Positions 27,539 through 37,973 of a DNA stretch of 44,066 nucleotides are shown in pieces. Each line of letters begins with the position of its first letter. Position 1 is the stretch's first letter. A program made the position numbers and the translations under genes. The stretch is taken from assembly GCF_000485595.1 (NCBI RefSeq), contig NW_014577080.1, positions 583,152-627,217 on the forward strand, written 5' to 3'. Under the pieces are notes generated by a model. The model saw only the letters and a program-made list of their open reading frames with translations. It was not told where the DNA came from and made no database searches. Source of the stretch: Priapulus caudatus (Eukaryota).

Positions 27539-29130
27539 ATGGCGGCGGCCATGTGCTGCGTTTGTCGCAGTGACAAGCGACGGTTAATACGACTCAATAG
27601 CAAGAAATCGTGTTTGTCAGGCACAACAGCCAAGTTAAAAAAATTTGTAAGTAACGCAGAAGTCCAAATTTCTATAGATTCGTTTTTTCAGACACCGTGT
27701 GCATCGATCTGCGATCCGTGTGTCAAATTTGTAGACACGGCATTGACATATCGTCAGAACGTTTATCGGTTTAGTAGTCTGGTGTCACAACCCACGCTTG
27801 ATATCACATCGGCGCTACGCAGATTGGATTGTTATTCGTCAGTGCTTGCTCGAACTACGGTGCTAGCTCGCTTGGTGCTTTGATAACGACCAGCACAGAC
27901 GCCCGACCCATCGGCGTTGCGACTCGCTCGTCGTTGTCGCTCGCCGTGTCGTGGATAGCTGTGTGTGTGGTCGATAGAGACGGTGCGGGGAAGCTAAATC
28001 TCCGCATTTCAAGCAGATCATCATCGACATGCAAGAAGAAAATTACATTTGATCACGTCTACACGAAGGGCCAAGTGCATACTGACACTACTGATTCCCT
28101 TTCCAATTTCGACATGTCTGTGATGTTCACTGAGTTCGATGAAGAAATTGACAGTGAAATAGCAAAAATGTCACATGGCAGCAGTGTGTTGTTTGCCATG
28201 AAGACCCGACAGTCTCATCGACAGGACAATTAGTCAGGCGAACTGTCCAGGAGATGTTCTTACACTTGCCCACCCTCTTCAAGTGTCTAACATCAGCACT
28301 AACAGTCGGGGAGCCACGGACCATGGGTGGCCCCATAGCTACCGATTATGGGGCAGGCTGATGCACAGTAGAAACACCAAAGCGTCGGCATCCAGAGCTG
28401 TATTATTCTCTTGCTATTCAGATAACCATGCTGACAAAGAGGTTTGTGTAAGAAAGTTGTGTGTGGTGTGTGTTATGTACAATAATTAATTGATTAATTT
28501 AACTGCTGATCCATGATATTTATCAAGTTATTTGCTCTATAGTGTTTTGTTCAATTCTGTTTTGTTTATACCCATTACTTTAGTTTTTGTTTTATCAATG
28601 GTTTGTGGTTACAGTGGCGCCGCGCGGTACTGCGACCGAGTGATTGATGATTTTGTCACCTGTGGTGTTTCTCTAGACTGAGATCGGTATCGCAGTGCAC
28701 GACTTTATTAAGATGCAAAATGAGACATAAAAACTATGCAAAACATTACTGATATTTAAAACTATATTTATATTATTGTATCCTGATCAGACAGACTTGT
28801 GGTTTTTGCTCTGTTTGTTATGTGATGAGGTGGTAGTGCCTTATTTAAATGACACACAAGGAGCTGTTGTGACGCATTACGTGATAGCACAGGCTGTGTG
28901 CTCGCTAAGTGATTCTAGATGGTCAGAATGCTGGTGTGTTACATGCTGGCTCGGCCAACTGCTCGCAAGTAACTGCTCTAAAACAAAGCCCCTCAGTTAG
29001 CGGGGCCCGCCATCTGGCGAATACAAACGAGATCCCAATCAGAATAACTGTGGACAATTATGACCCCCCGATTTTGTTTTTATTTAATGCCAATGGGGAA
29101 AAAAGTAAAACCCCTAAAAACCTGTGTGAT
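27539..29130 (+). pseudogene. Frameshifted, probably intron-containing transposase-like gene fragment (Academ/DUF6589-like, tentative) with an N-terminal zinc-binding module
   Basis: Successive frames give MAAAMCCVC...ICDPCVKFVDTALTYRQNV (two CxxC, zf-AD-like spacing), FDHVY at about 28051, VQEMFLHLPTLFKCLTSAL...PIAT, LMHSRNTKASA at about 28361, a candidate donor AG|GTTTGT at about 28441 followed by T-rich sequence, and IRITVDNYD at about 29040-29064. It is truncated by a (GT)n tract. The family assignment is from remembered motif patterns only. Confidence 0.45.
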
Positions 29131-29371
29131 GTGGTCTTGTTGTGTGTGTATGTGTGTGTTGGTTGGTATGTCGGTGTGTGTGTGTGCACATGTGTGTTGT
29201 GTGTGATGTGTGTGTGTGTGTGTGCGTGCGTGTGTGTGTGTTGTGCACGTGCATGCGGGCGTGAAGGCATTTTGGATATGCCAACCCATTACTTATTACG
29301 CTAGTTACCAGAGACTTACTTACTTAGACATATATACCAGTGCGAATAGTCGGCAAGTTATTTCAGTTGCT

Positions 29372-29377
29372 TTTATT
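29372..29377 (-). terminator. Putative polyadenylation signal AATAAA, copy B
   Basis: Plus-strand TTTATT about 470 nt beyond the stop codon; present at the homologous position in copy A. Confidence 0.55.
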
Positions 29378-29848
29378 TAGAACAGGTTGTTGCGCACATT
29401 CAAATGAATAATCATCGTCACTGTGCAATTTGTTAATGTACAGACATACTAACATACATAGACCTTGTGGATGACACAGTTGCTTAACACTCACAGAACA
29501 AAGCGCAGAAACGTCTAGTTGCGGTACGCCGACTGCGAAATCGACGTGTAGATTAAGGCTTCGGAAAACATTGGACCTTTCTCACACTCGCGCGGCTGCA
29601 AATGTCTCTAGTATACGTTTTTGATTATGTCGCTGCTCGAAATCATTGCTGTGCGTTTCTGTTGTCTCTCCCTGCGTGTTGCTGCGTGAGTGCCCGTTAC
29701 CTGTCGCTGAGCGTATTGTGGTTGCGCGGGATGTAGGTAAACGCGACGCCCGTTACAATCGCGTCGAACTTCCGTTTTGGGCGGGGCCTGTTTCCGTTTC
29801 CGTTCCAGGTCGTCAGGAGCAAAATCTGAAATGCTTTCAGCGTTTTGC

Positions 29849-31051
29849 TTAACCGCGGAGAGCGCCCCTCGGCAGGGTGGAAGCTGCCCCGGAGTGCACC
29901 GGAAGGGAATCGAGAGCCACCGGTTGGAAGCGGATCGTTCCGCCGCCTCCGCGCTCGAATTCGTATCCGGCGCCCTGCTCCGTGCTTCCCTCTCCCGTCG
30001 CCTGCTGCGTGAACTGCTGTGTCGCGTCCTGGCTGGCCGTGCGCCCCGCCGTCAGCTCGATGCCGGCCTCTCCGTTGCCGCTGCCCTCGCGTGAAGCTGC
30101 GCTCGTCTCCGTCTGGCGGGCGTAGCCGTTGCGGAAGCGTCTGCCGATGACGATCTGCTCGCGTTGTCCGTCGAGCAGTGACTCTCTGGGCGCGAGAACG
30201 TAGGCGCGCTGTCTCGCGTCGTCGAAGTTGAAGACCTCGATGACGACGTAGTCGGGAGCGATGTTCTCCAAGCCGAATGAGCCCAAGTCAAGGAAGCTAC
30301 CGAACGTGTTGACGTCGATTGTGCCTCCGGCAGAGCCAAAGAAGTCGCCGCCGCCTGAGCGGTTGGTGATGCGCAGGGGTCCGCGGCCCTGACGACCGGC
30401 CGTGCCCGTGAAGCGACTGGTGACCGTCTGACCGCGGCCCTGGGTTCCGCCGAAGCCGCCGCTGACAAATTGACCTCCGAAGCCGCTGGCGCCGGTTCCA
30501 GTAGTGCCTCCAGATGTCACGCGCCTGGTGGTTACCGTCTGGCCACCGCCCTGGATTCCGCCAAGGTTGCCGGTTAAGAATTGGCCGCCACTGCCGCCAG
30601 CGCCGCCGCCAGTGGATGAGGTGACGACGCGTCTGGTGGTGACCGTCTGACCGCCGCCCTGGAGTCCGCCAATGCCGCCGCCAGTGCTGAAGGAGCCTCC
30701 GCCGCCGCTGCGGAAAGAGCTACCTCCGCCGCTGATGAAGGAGCCTCGGCCGCTGCCAGTTAGGTGGAGGGGGTGACGATGCGTCTGGTGGTGACCGGTC
30801 TGACCGCCGCCCTGGAGTCCGCAATGCGCTGCCAGTGCTGAAGGAGCCCCGCCTCCGCCGCCGCTGCGGAAGGAGCTTACCGCCGCCGCTGCTGAAGGAG
30901 CCACCGCCGCCGCTGTTGAAGGAACCGCCGCTGGAGAAGGTACGGCCGCTCGAGGAACCCTGTCGTAGTCCAAGGTTCCCTCTTTGCCAAAAGCATCGCC
31001 CATCACCGCTACAGAGTAGCTCAGCAGAAATGCAACAGCAAGGATCTTCAT
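29849..31051 (-). CDS. Secreted Gly/Ser/Thr-rich repeat protein (~400 aa), copy B; single coding exon with compensating sequencing frameshifts in its 5' third
   Basis: Begins MKILAVAFLLSYSVAVMG (basic residue, hydrophobic core, small residues: signal-peptide pattern) in a CACC-ATG context. Codons are strongly GC3-biased (GGC, TTC, ACC, GAG) against AT-richer flanks. There are four variants of QGGGQTVTTRR(I/V)VT and a non-repetitive C-terminal half ending ...GALRG-TAA. Against the cleaner copy at 22306-22701 there is a 1-nt loss near 30975 (AAGGTTCCC vs AAGGATTCCC) and a 1-nt gain near 30877 (GAGCTTAC vs GAGCTAC). The track's TLDYDRVPRAAVP... stretch is therefore off-frame and should read GILGLRQGSSSGRTFSSGGSFNSGGG. 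Confidence 0.85.
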   Translation of the reverse strand: MKILAVAFLLSYSVAVMGDAFGKEGTLDYDRVPRAAVPSPAAVPSTAAAVAPSAAAAVSSFRSGGGGGAPSALAAHCGLQGGGQTGHHQTHRHPLHLTGSGRGSFISGGGSSFRSGGGGSFSTGGGIGGLQGGGQTVTTRRVVTSSTGGGAGGSGGQFLTGNLGGIQGGGQTVTTRRVTSGGTTGTGASGFGGQFVSGGFGGTQGRGQTVTSRFTGTAGRQGRGPLRITNRSGGGDFFGSAGGTIDVNTFGSFLDLGSFGLENIAPDYVVIEVFNFDDARQRAYVLAPRESLLDGQREQIVIGRRFRNGYARQTETSAASREGSGNGEAGIELTAGRTASQDATQQFTQQATGEGSTEQGAGYEFERGGGGTIRFQPVALDSLPVHSGAASTLPRGALRG

Positions 31052-31057
31052 GGTGAA

Positions 31058-31398
31058 CTAGATGGAAGAGACGGAGAGCAAATGCATATAGTGCGAACAC
31101 GAAATGTTCAATATCACGAATCTGTACGGAAACCTTCTGCACACAACTGCAAACTAATAGCTCTATGTAAGTGTTGTTTCACGCATCCAGCTTTTTTTTT
31201 AATTGGACAGTGTTTTGTCCACCATCAAAATGTTCGAACGTCGGATAACTTTTAGAGATTTTACGTTGAGAGTGAAATTGATGTATTATATGACGTATTA
31301 ACGTCAATTTAATTACATTGGTACGTGGATTAAACTCTCACATGAATAACAAGACAAACCAAAGGCTTTCCTCCGCACTAGCAGATATTTCCACTTAC
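31058..31398 (-). other. 5'-UTR intron (341 nt) of gene copy B
   Basis: Minus-strand donor CAG|GTAAGT (plus-strand ACTTACCTG at 31393-31401) and acceptor TTTGCTCTCCGTCTCTTCCATCTAG|TTCACC-ATG, 6 nt before the start codon. Both sites are conserved in copy A. Confidence 0.75.
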
Positions 31399-31449
31399 CT
31401 GTGCGAGAGCCAGTGGTCGCAGCGACTAGTCCTTTATGGGTTAAGCAAC

Positions 31450-31486
31450 CTGTGAAAATCCGTCCAGGTCCCCCAGCTATTTTATA
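31450..31486 (-). promoter_or_regulatory. TATA box and putative initiator of gene copy B; non-coding exon 1 at about 31399-31453
   Basis: Minus-strand TATAAAA at 31486-31480 in GC-rich flanks. A pyrimidine-CA (TTTTCACA) lies about 33 nt downstream and the splice donor about 55 nt further on. Confidence 0.65.
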
Positions 31487-31555
31487 CTCGCGTGACGCTC
31501 ATCTCTGACCCGTGAAGGACTGCTGCATAAAGTATCCTCCAGGCAGGGCTTAGAT

Positions 31556-32546
31556 NNNNNNNNNNNNNNNNNNNNNNNNNNNNNNNNNNNNNNNNNNNNN
31601 NNNNNNNNNNNNNNNNNNNNNNNNNNNNNNNNNNNNNNNNNNNNNNNNNNNNNNNNNNNNNNNNNNNNNNNNNNNNNNNNNNNNNNNNNNNNNNNNNNNN
31701 NNNNNNNNNNNNNNNNNNNNNNNNNNNNNNNNNNNNNNNNNNNNNNNNNNNNNNNNNNNNNNNNNNNNNNNNNNNNNNNNNNNNNNNNNNNNNNNNNNNN
31801 NNNNNNNNNNNNNNNNNNNNNNNNNNNNNNNNNNNNNNNNNNNNNNNNNNNNNNNNNNNNNNNNNNNNNNNNNNNNNNNNNNNNNNNNNNNNNNNNNNNN
31901 NNNNNNNNNNNNNNNNNNNNNNNNNNNNNNNNNNNNNNNNNNNNNNNNNNNNNNNNNNNNNNNNNNNNNNNNNNNNNNNNNNNNNNNNNNNNNNNNNNNN
32001 NNNNNNNNNNNNNNNNNNNNNNNNNNNNNNNNNNNNNNNNNNNNNNNNNNNNNNNNNNNNNNNNNNNNNNNNNNNNNNNNNNNNNNNNNNNNNNNNNNNN
32101 NNNNNNNNNNNNNNNNNNNNNNNNNNNNNNNNNNNNNNNNNNNNNNNNNNNNNNNNNNNNNNNNNNNNNNNNNNNNNNNNNNNNNNNNNNNNNNNNNNNN
32201 NNNNNNNNNNNNNNNNNNNNNNNNNNNNNNNNNNNNNNNNNNNNNNNNNNNNNNNNNNNNNNNNNNNNNNNNNNNNNNNNNNNNNNNNNNNNNNNNNNNN
32301 NNNNNNNNNNNNNNNNNNNNNNNNNNNNNNNNNNNNNNNNNNNNNNNNNNNNNNNNNNNNNNNNNNNNNNNNNNNNNNNNNNNNNNNNNNNNNNNNNNNN
32401 NNNNNNNNNNNNNNNNNNNNNNNNNNNNNNNNNNNNNNNNNNNNNNNNNNNNNNNNNNNNNNNNNNNNNNNNNNNNNNNNNNNNNNNNNNNNNNNNNNNN
32501 NNNNNNNNNNNNNNNNNNNNNNNNNNNNNNNNNNNNNNNNNNNNNN
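31556..32546. other. Assembly gap (~990 N)
   Basis: Run of N. Confidence 0.99.
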
Positions 32547-33950
32547 GTGTGTGTGTGTGTGTGTGTGTGCGTGCGTGTGTGCATGCGTGCGCACGTGTAC
32601 ATATATAGGCCTACGTGCGTGCGTGCGCGTGCGTACGTGTGCGTGCGTTTGCCTATGCCTGTGCGCATACGTATTGGTACGAGCGTAAATGTGCGTGCGC
32701 GTTTGAACGTGCGTGCGCGCGTGTGCGTGCGCGTGTGCGTAATTTAGCGCACAGGTGGTCGGCCACCAGCGTATAATATAATAACAGCATACTAGCAGCA
32801 GTCGCGCGCTGGCCGCGAGACCCGAGTAAAGGCAATTACGTGATCGCCCTTTGATAACGGCTTGTTTGACTCCGGAAACTGACAAGGTTTCTCATGAAGC
32901 GAGATCAGAGTACACCTGATATGTCGGAAAGCAATCACCAACCGTCGCCATTGTGACTAAATTGCGATAGACAGTCTCTTGTTGACTATATAGTCCCGTC
33001 AACCTTCAATGCGAATTGTACTGCGACGTATTTCAGACCTAATTGTTGTCGTAGCATCATACATATACTTTACATGCAGGCAGCGGAAAAATCTAGGGGT
33101 TGTGAACGTGGGGTGTGGTCTTGAAACGTGCCTAACTAATGATGTAGTCAGGACGCGCAGAAGCTATAAATTACGACCGACCGAGATCTCTACAATGCCC
33201 GCGCTGCGTTCTTCGAACCTGTTTGTTCTTTGTGTATATTTCTCTGACAAGAATTTGTACGCGCGTTCCCAGGAGTTTCTTTTGCTTCCGGCGCATATCA
33301 CCGCGTCGATGTAGAAATTCCTCCGTAACTAGTAGGTATAAATAGATAAATAGATAGTACGACTATCACGACCTAGAACGACTATTACGGTGGGCCGTAA
33401 TTGTTAGCTGAAGTAGTTGCCGTACTTCAGACGTGCCGATATTCGCATCAGCACCCCTGATAGTGTCTAGTATACTGTTGTCAATTATAGACTTGCTAGT
33501 TTGTGTAAATTATGGGTGCATGCTGAGAATGAGAGGCCTATTTCGTTACGTCGCCTTTCCTGGAATATTATAGATCATTATAGAAATAATTATTAATTAT
33601 ATAGAGTATAATAATTATACTACTTATTAGAGTACTTACGAAAATCCGAATAATCTGGTTTTATGAGTGCGCTAGCGGAATTATTATTGAGGGAGAGATG
33701 TGAAATACACAATTGCAGCTTAAACATAATCTACTTCCGTTTATATCTAAGCTGAACACTTGAAAGCAGATCGAGATTATAGTAGAGAGTAAGTACAAGT
33801 AAGAGAGTATGAAGAGTAAGTCAAGGTCATATCGGTTAGTATGAAGCTTGCCTGACTAAGTGATTGTCACGTAACAGTTGAAAATTGTCGTTCCTTTAAA
33901 CTGCGCGTGCGAGTCTGTAGCGAGTGCCAACAAATATATCTTTATATATA
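32547..33950. repeat. ~1.4-kb duplicated non-coding segment, clean copy
   Basis: Colinear with about 35495-37870 (shared GACAAGGTTTCTCATGAAGCGAG, CGCCATTGTGACTAAATTGCGATAG, GCGAGTGCCAACAAATATATC). Confidence 0.9.
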
Positions 33951-33952
33951 AA

Positions 33953-34041
33953 CCTACCTACCTACCTACCTACCTACCTACCTACCTACCTACCTACCTA
34001 CCTACCTACCTACCTACCTACCTACCTACCTACCTACCTAC
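33953..34041. repeat. Perfect (CCTA)n microsatellite
   Basis: Direct reading. Confidence 0.95.
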
Positions 34042-35490
34042 GTACGTATTAACTGTGTAATTCTCTGTTTAAATGCGTCGACATGACTGAAATCGTTCAA
34101 CTTGTCTTTATTACATTTTCATGGGATATTGCATACGCGGAGTGGTCAAAATGGGCTTTAGCAACCGAAAGCAACATTAAAGGTTACAACATAAACGCGA
34201 AACAGCATGCTTATTTCAAGGTCGGCGTCTCAAGGTTCCATACGAATGCTTCGTGTAATCTCCACTTCTCACAAGAGTGTGCGTAAGAGGATCAAAGCTA
34301 ACCATAAACCATACGCACATCACTCCCCTTTCTACTAGCTTATTATGGACTGCGGCGATAAACTGTAAAGACTTTCGAGCAAGGCGGACATCTGTATATC
34401 GATACATCCTAGTCGGTGCATATATACCCGACAGGAAATGGAGAATCGCGTAACTGCTTATCTCGTCCGAACTGAAGTTCTCGTTATATATTATACGACA
34501 GAGGCAGTGAGTGATTCATCTTTTTATCGAAAGTATTTATTGTATTTGTCATTGCTGAAAAATTTCCACCGATTACGGAAACTATTATGGATAACGTAGA
34601 AGGAGTAATAACGAAAAATTATTAATAAACAAATAAAAAATCCGTTTTTCCGGTTTGTTGCTATCTACGTTTGTTGTAATAATAAGGGTTGATTCGATTT
34701 AAACAAAATACATTATGCTTTGTCGTTTTATAGACCACCCTTTAGTGAAAGTGACGTGTCCATATAATTTGGGGTCGTACTAGATGATTAATAAGAAAGA
34801 AATGCTATTATTTTATTATTTTTATTGTTTCTAGGGAAAAAAACGAACGGTATTGCATGGACGTGCAGTAGCGGGGAAAGGTCGCAGTGAGAGGAAAACC
34901 GGTCGTGCACGCAAATCCGGGGCTGAGGTTATTTTGGAAAAGTTGCCAGGTATTGTAACGGTCTGTGGCACACTAAGGCCACGTCAATTGTCACATGCTA
35001 AGCTTTCAGGGTAAATGCATGAGCATGATCGAGAGGCGTGTACCTGCTCGAACGCGTTACTGTCAGCCCCGAGGTTCTGTCAACAACATCTATCTCTGTG
35101 CGCATGCGAGTAGAAGCGCAGTGCAGAGCCACTAGATGGCTGTAACCTCTGACCTTGCTCAATGCGTCGTGCATTCGTCACCCGTGCGACAACTCCCCTG
35201 AAAATTGTAAGAAGCCGTGTACCGACTCCCGCTTTTCAACGCACTATGTAACTGGATCCTTATAAAAGTGACACCGAATATAAGCGTGTGTACGTGCGTG
35301 CGTGCGTGCGTGCATGCGTGCGTGCGCGTGTGCAAGTGGACGCGTGAGCGATCGCTTGCGCATGCCTGCGCATGCAGTTGCGTGTCCTTGCACATGTGCG
35401 TGTGCGCGTGCATGCGTGCGTGTGAGGGTGAATGCGTGCGTTGGTGCCTGCATCTATATAGACTATTATATATATATATATATATTTGTA

Positions 35491-35494
<4 letters not shown>

Positions 35495-35542
<48 letters not shown>

Positions 35543-36487
35543 GTGTGTGTGTGTGCGTGTGTTGGTGCATGCGTGCGCCACGTGAATATAGGCCCTACGT
35601 GGTGCGTGGGCGTGTGGTACTGCTGCGTGCCCGTGTGCTATGCCTAGTGCGCATACGTATTGCGTACGAGCGTAAATGTCACGTGCAGCGTTTGAACAGT
35701 TAGCGTGCGCGCGTGTGCGTAATATTAGCGCACAGGTGGCCGCGCACCAGCTATAATATATACGCTCCGCATACTAGCAGCAGTTCGCGCGTATGGCGCG
35801 AGACCCGAGTAAGGCAATACGTGATCGCCTGTTGATACGGCTTGTTTGGAACTCCGCGAAATGACAAGGTTTCTCATGAAGCGAGCATCAGAGTACCTTT
35901 ATATGTCGGAAAGCAATTCACAAGCGTCGCCATTGTGACTAAATTGCGATAGCAGTCTCTTGTTGACTTTATATTAGTTCCGTACAACCTTCAATGCGAA
36001 TTGCTACTGCAACGTATTGCCAGACCTAATTGTTGTCATACATATTACTTTACATGCGGCGCAGCGGAAAAAATCTAGGGGTTCGTGACGTGCGGGTGTC
36101 GTCTTGAAACGTGCTAACTAATGCATGTTAGTCAGGACGCGCACGAAGCTATAATTGACGACGACCCGCAGCTCTTACAATTGCCGCGCCTGCGTTCTTC
36201 GAACCTGTATTATTCTTTGTGATATATTTCTCTGCACAGGGAATTTGTACTTGCCGCGTTCCCCAGAGTTTCTTTTGCTTCGGCGCATATCACGCGTCGA
36301 TGTAGAAGTTCCTGCGTAACTAGTAGGTATAAATAGATAAATAGATTAGTTACGATATCACGACCTAGACGACATATTACGTGCCCCGTAATTTGTTAGG
36401 CTGAAGTAGTTAGCGCGTACTTCAACGTGCGATATTCGCATCAGACCCCTGATTAGATGGGGGGGGGGGGGGGGGGGGGGGGGTGGT

Positions 36488-36536
<49 letters not shown>

Positions 36537-36657
36537 GGGGGGGTCGAGGGGGGGGGGGGGATTCGCTTTCTCCGGGGGCGGGGCTCGGGGGGAACGTCCG
36601 GTCGGGGGGTTGTGGACTATTTAGTGGGGGGGGGGGGCGGGGGTGGGGGCGGGGGGT

Positions 36658-36697
<40 letters not shown>

Positions 36698-36715
36698 GGG
36701 GGGCGGGGGGGGCGG

Positions 36716-36747
<32 letters not shown>

Positions 36748-37255
36748 GGGGGGGTGGGGGGGGGGGGGGGGGGGGGGGGGCGGGGCGGGGGGGGCGGGGG
36801 GGGGGGGGGAGGGGGGGGGGGGGGGGGGGGGGTCGGGGCGCCGGGGCGAGGGGGCGGGGGGGGGGGGCGGGGGGGGGGGGGGGGGTGCGGGGGGCGGGGG
36901 GGCGGGGGGGGGGGGGGGGGGCGGGGGGGGGGGGGGGGGCGGGGCGGACGGGGCGGGGGGGTGGGTGGGGGGGGGGTGGGCGGGGGAGCGGGCGGGGCGG
37001 GGGGGGGGGGGGGGGGGGGGGGCGGGGGTGGGGGCGGGAGGGCGGGGGGAGAGGGGGGGCGGGGGGGGGGGGGCGGGGGGGGGGGGGGGGGGGGGTGGGG
37101 GCGGGGGGGGGGGGGGGGGGGGGGGGCGGGGGGGGGGGCGGGGGGGGGGCGGGCGGGGGGGGGGGGGGGGGCGTCGGGGGGGGGGGGGGGGGTGGGGCGG
37201 GGGCGGGTCTAGCATGGGGGGTTGGGGGGGGGGGGGCGGCTGGGGGGGGGGGGGG

Positions 37256-37289
<34 letters not shown>

Positions 37290-37870
37290 CGGGGTCGGGG
37301 GGCGGTGGGGGGGGGTGGGAGGGGGGGGGGCTCGGGGGGCGGGGGGGGGGGTACTAGTATAACTGTTGTCAATTATAGACTTGCTAGTTTCTGTGTAAAT
37401 TATGGGCTGCATGCTGAGAATGGAGAGGCCTATTTTCTTTACGTGCCTCCTGGAATATTATAGAATCATTATAGAAATAATTATTAATTATTATAGAGTA
37501 TAATAAATTATATACCTTATTAGAGTACTACTGACAAATCGAATCATCTGCTGATTTTATGAGTGCCTGCTAGCGGAATTATTATTGATGGAGAGATGTC
37601 GAAATACCACAATTGCAGCTTAAACTATAATCTACTTCCGTTTATATCTGAAGCTGAACACTGAAAGGCAGATCGAGATTACTAGTTAGACGAGTAATAC
37701 AAGTAAATAGAGTATGAGATGTACGTCAAGCAGTCATATCGAGCGATTAATGAAGCTTGCACTGACTACACGTGATTGTCACGAACAGTTTGAAAATTTT
37801 GTTCGTTCTTTGAACTGCGCTCGTGCCGAGTCTGTACGCGAGTGCCAACAAATATATCCTTCTATATATA
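35495..37870. repeat. Error-rich second copy of 32547-33950, interrupted by poly-G
   Basis: Same order of unique motifs with scattered indels. The G tract at 36459-37351 falls within the sequence that reads CCCCTGATAGTGTCTAGTATACTG in the clean copy. Confidence 0.9.
36459..37351. repeat. Poly-G tract (probable sequencing artefact)
   Basis: Absent from the clean duplicate at about 33460. Confidence 0.9.
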
Positions 37871-37973
37871 TATATATATATTTATTTATTTATTGTCTCA
37901 TGAAATGTATCAGTGCTTAGTGACTGAGCAATTTCTGTTAGTCTGTGACCGCACTCGTGTGACCATTACCTAA

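Noticed and set aside
31482..32885. ORFs of 327-467 aa spanning N runs (also 41470-42462)
   Set aside because: Their length comes from untranslatable gap characters.
36358..37463. Formin/extensin-like poly-Pro and poly-Gly ORFs
   Set aside because: They derive from a poly-G tract absent in the clean duplicate and show no codon structure.
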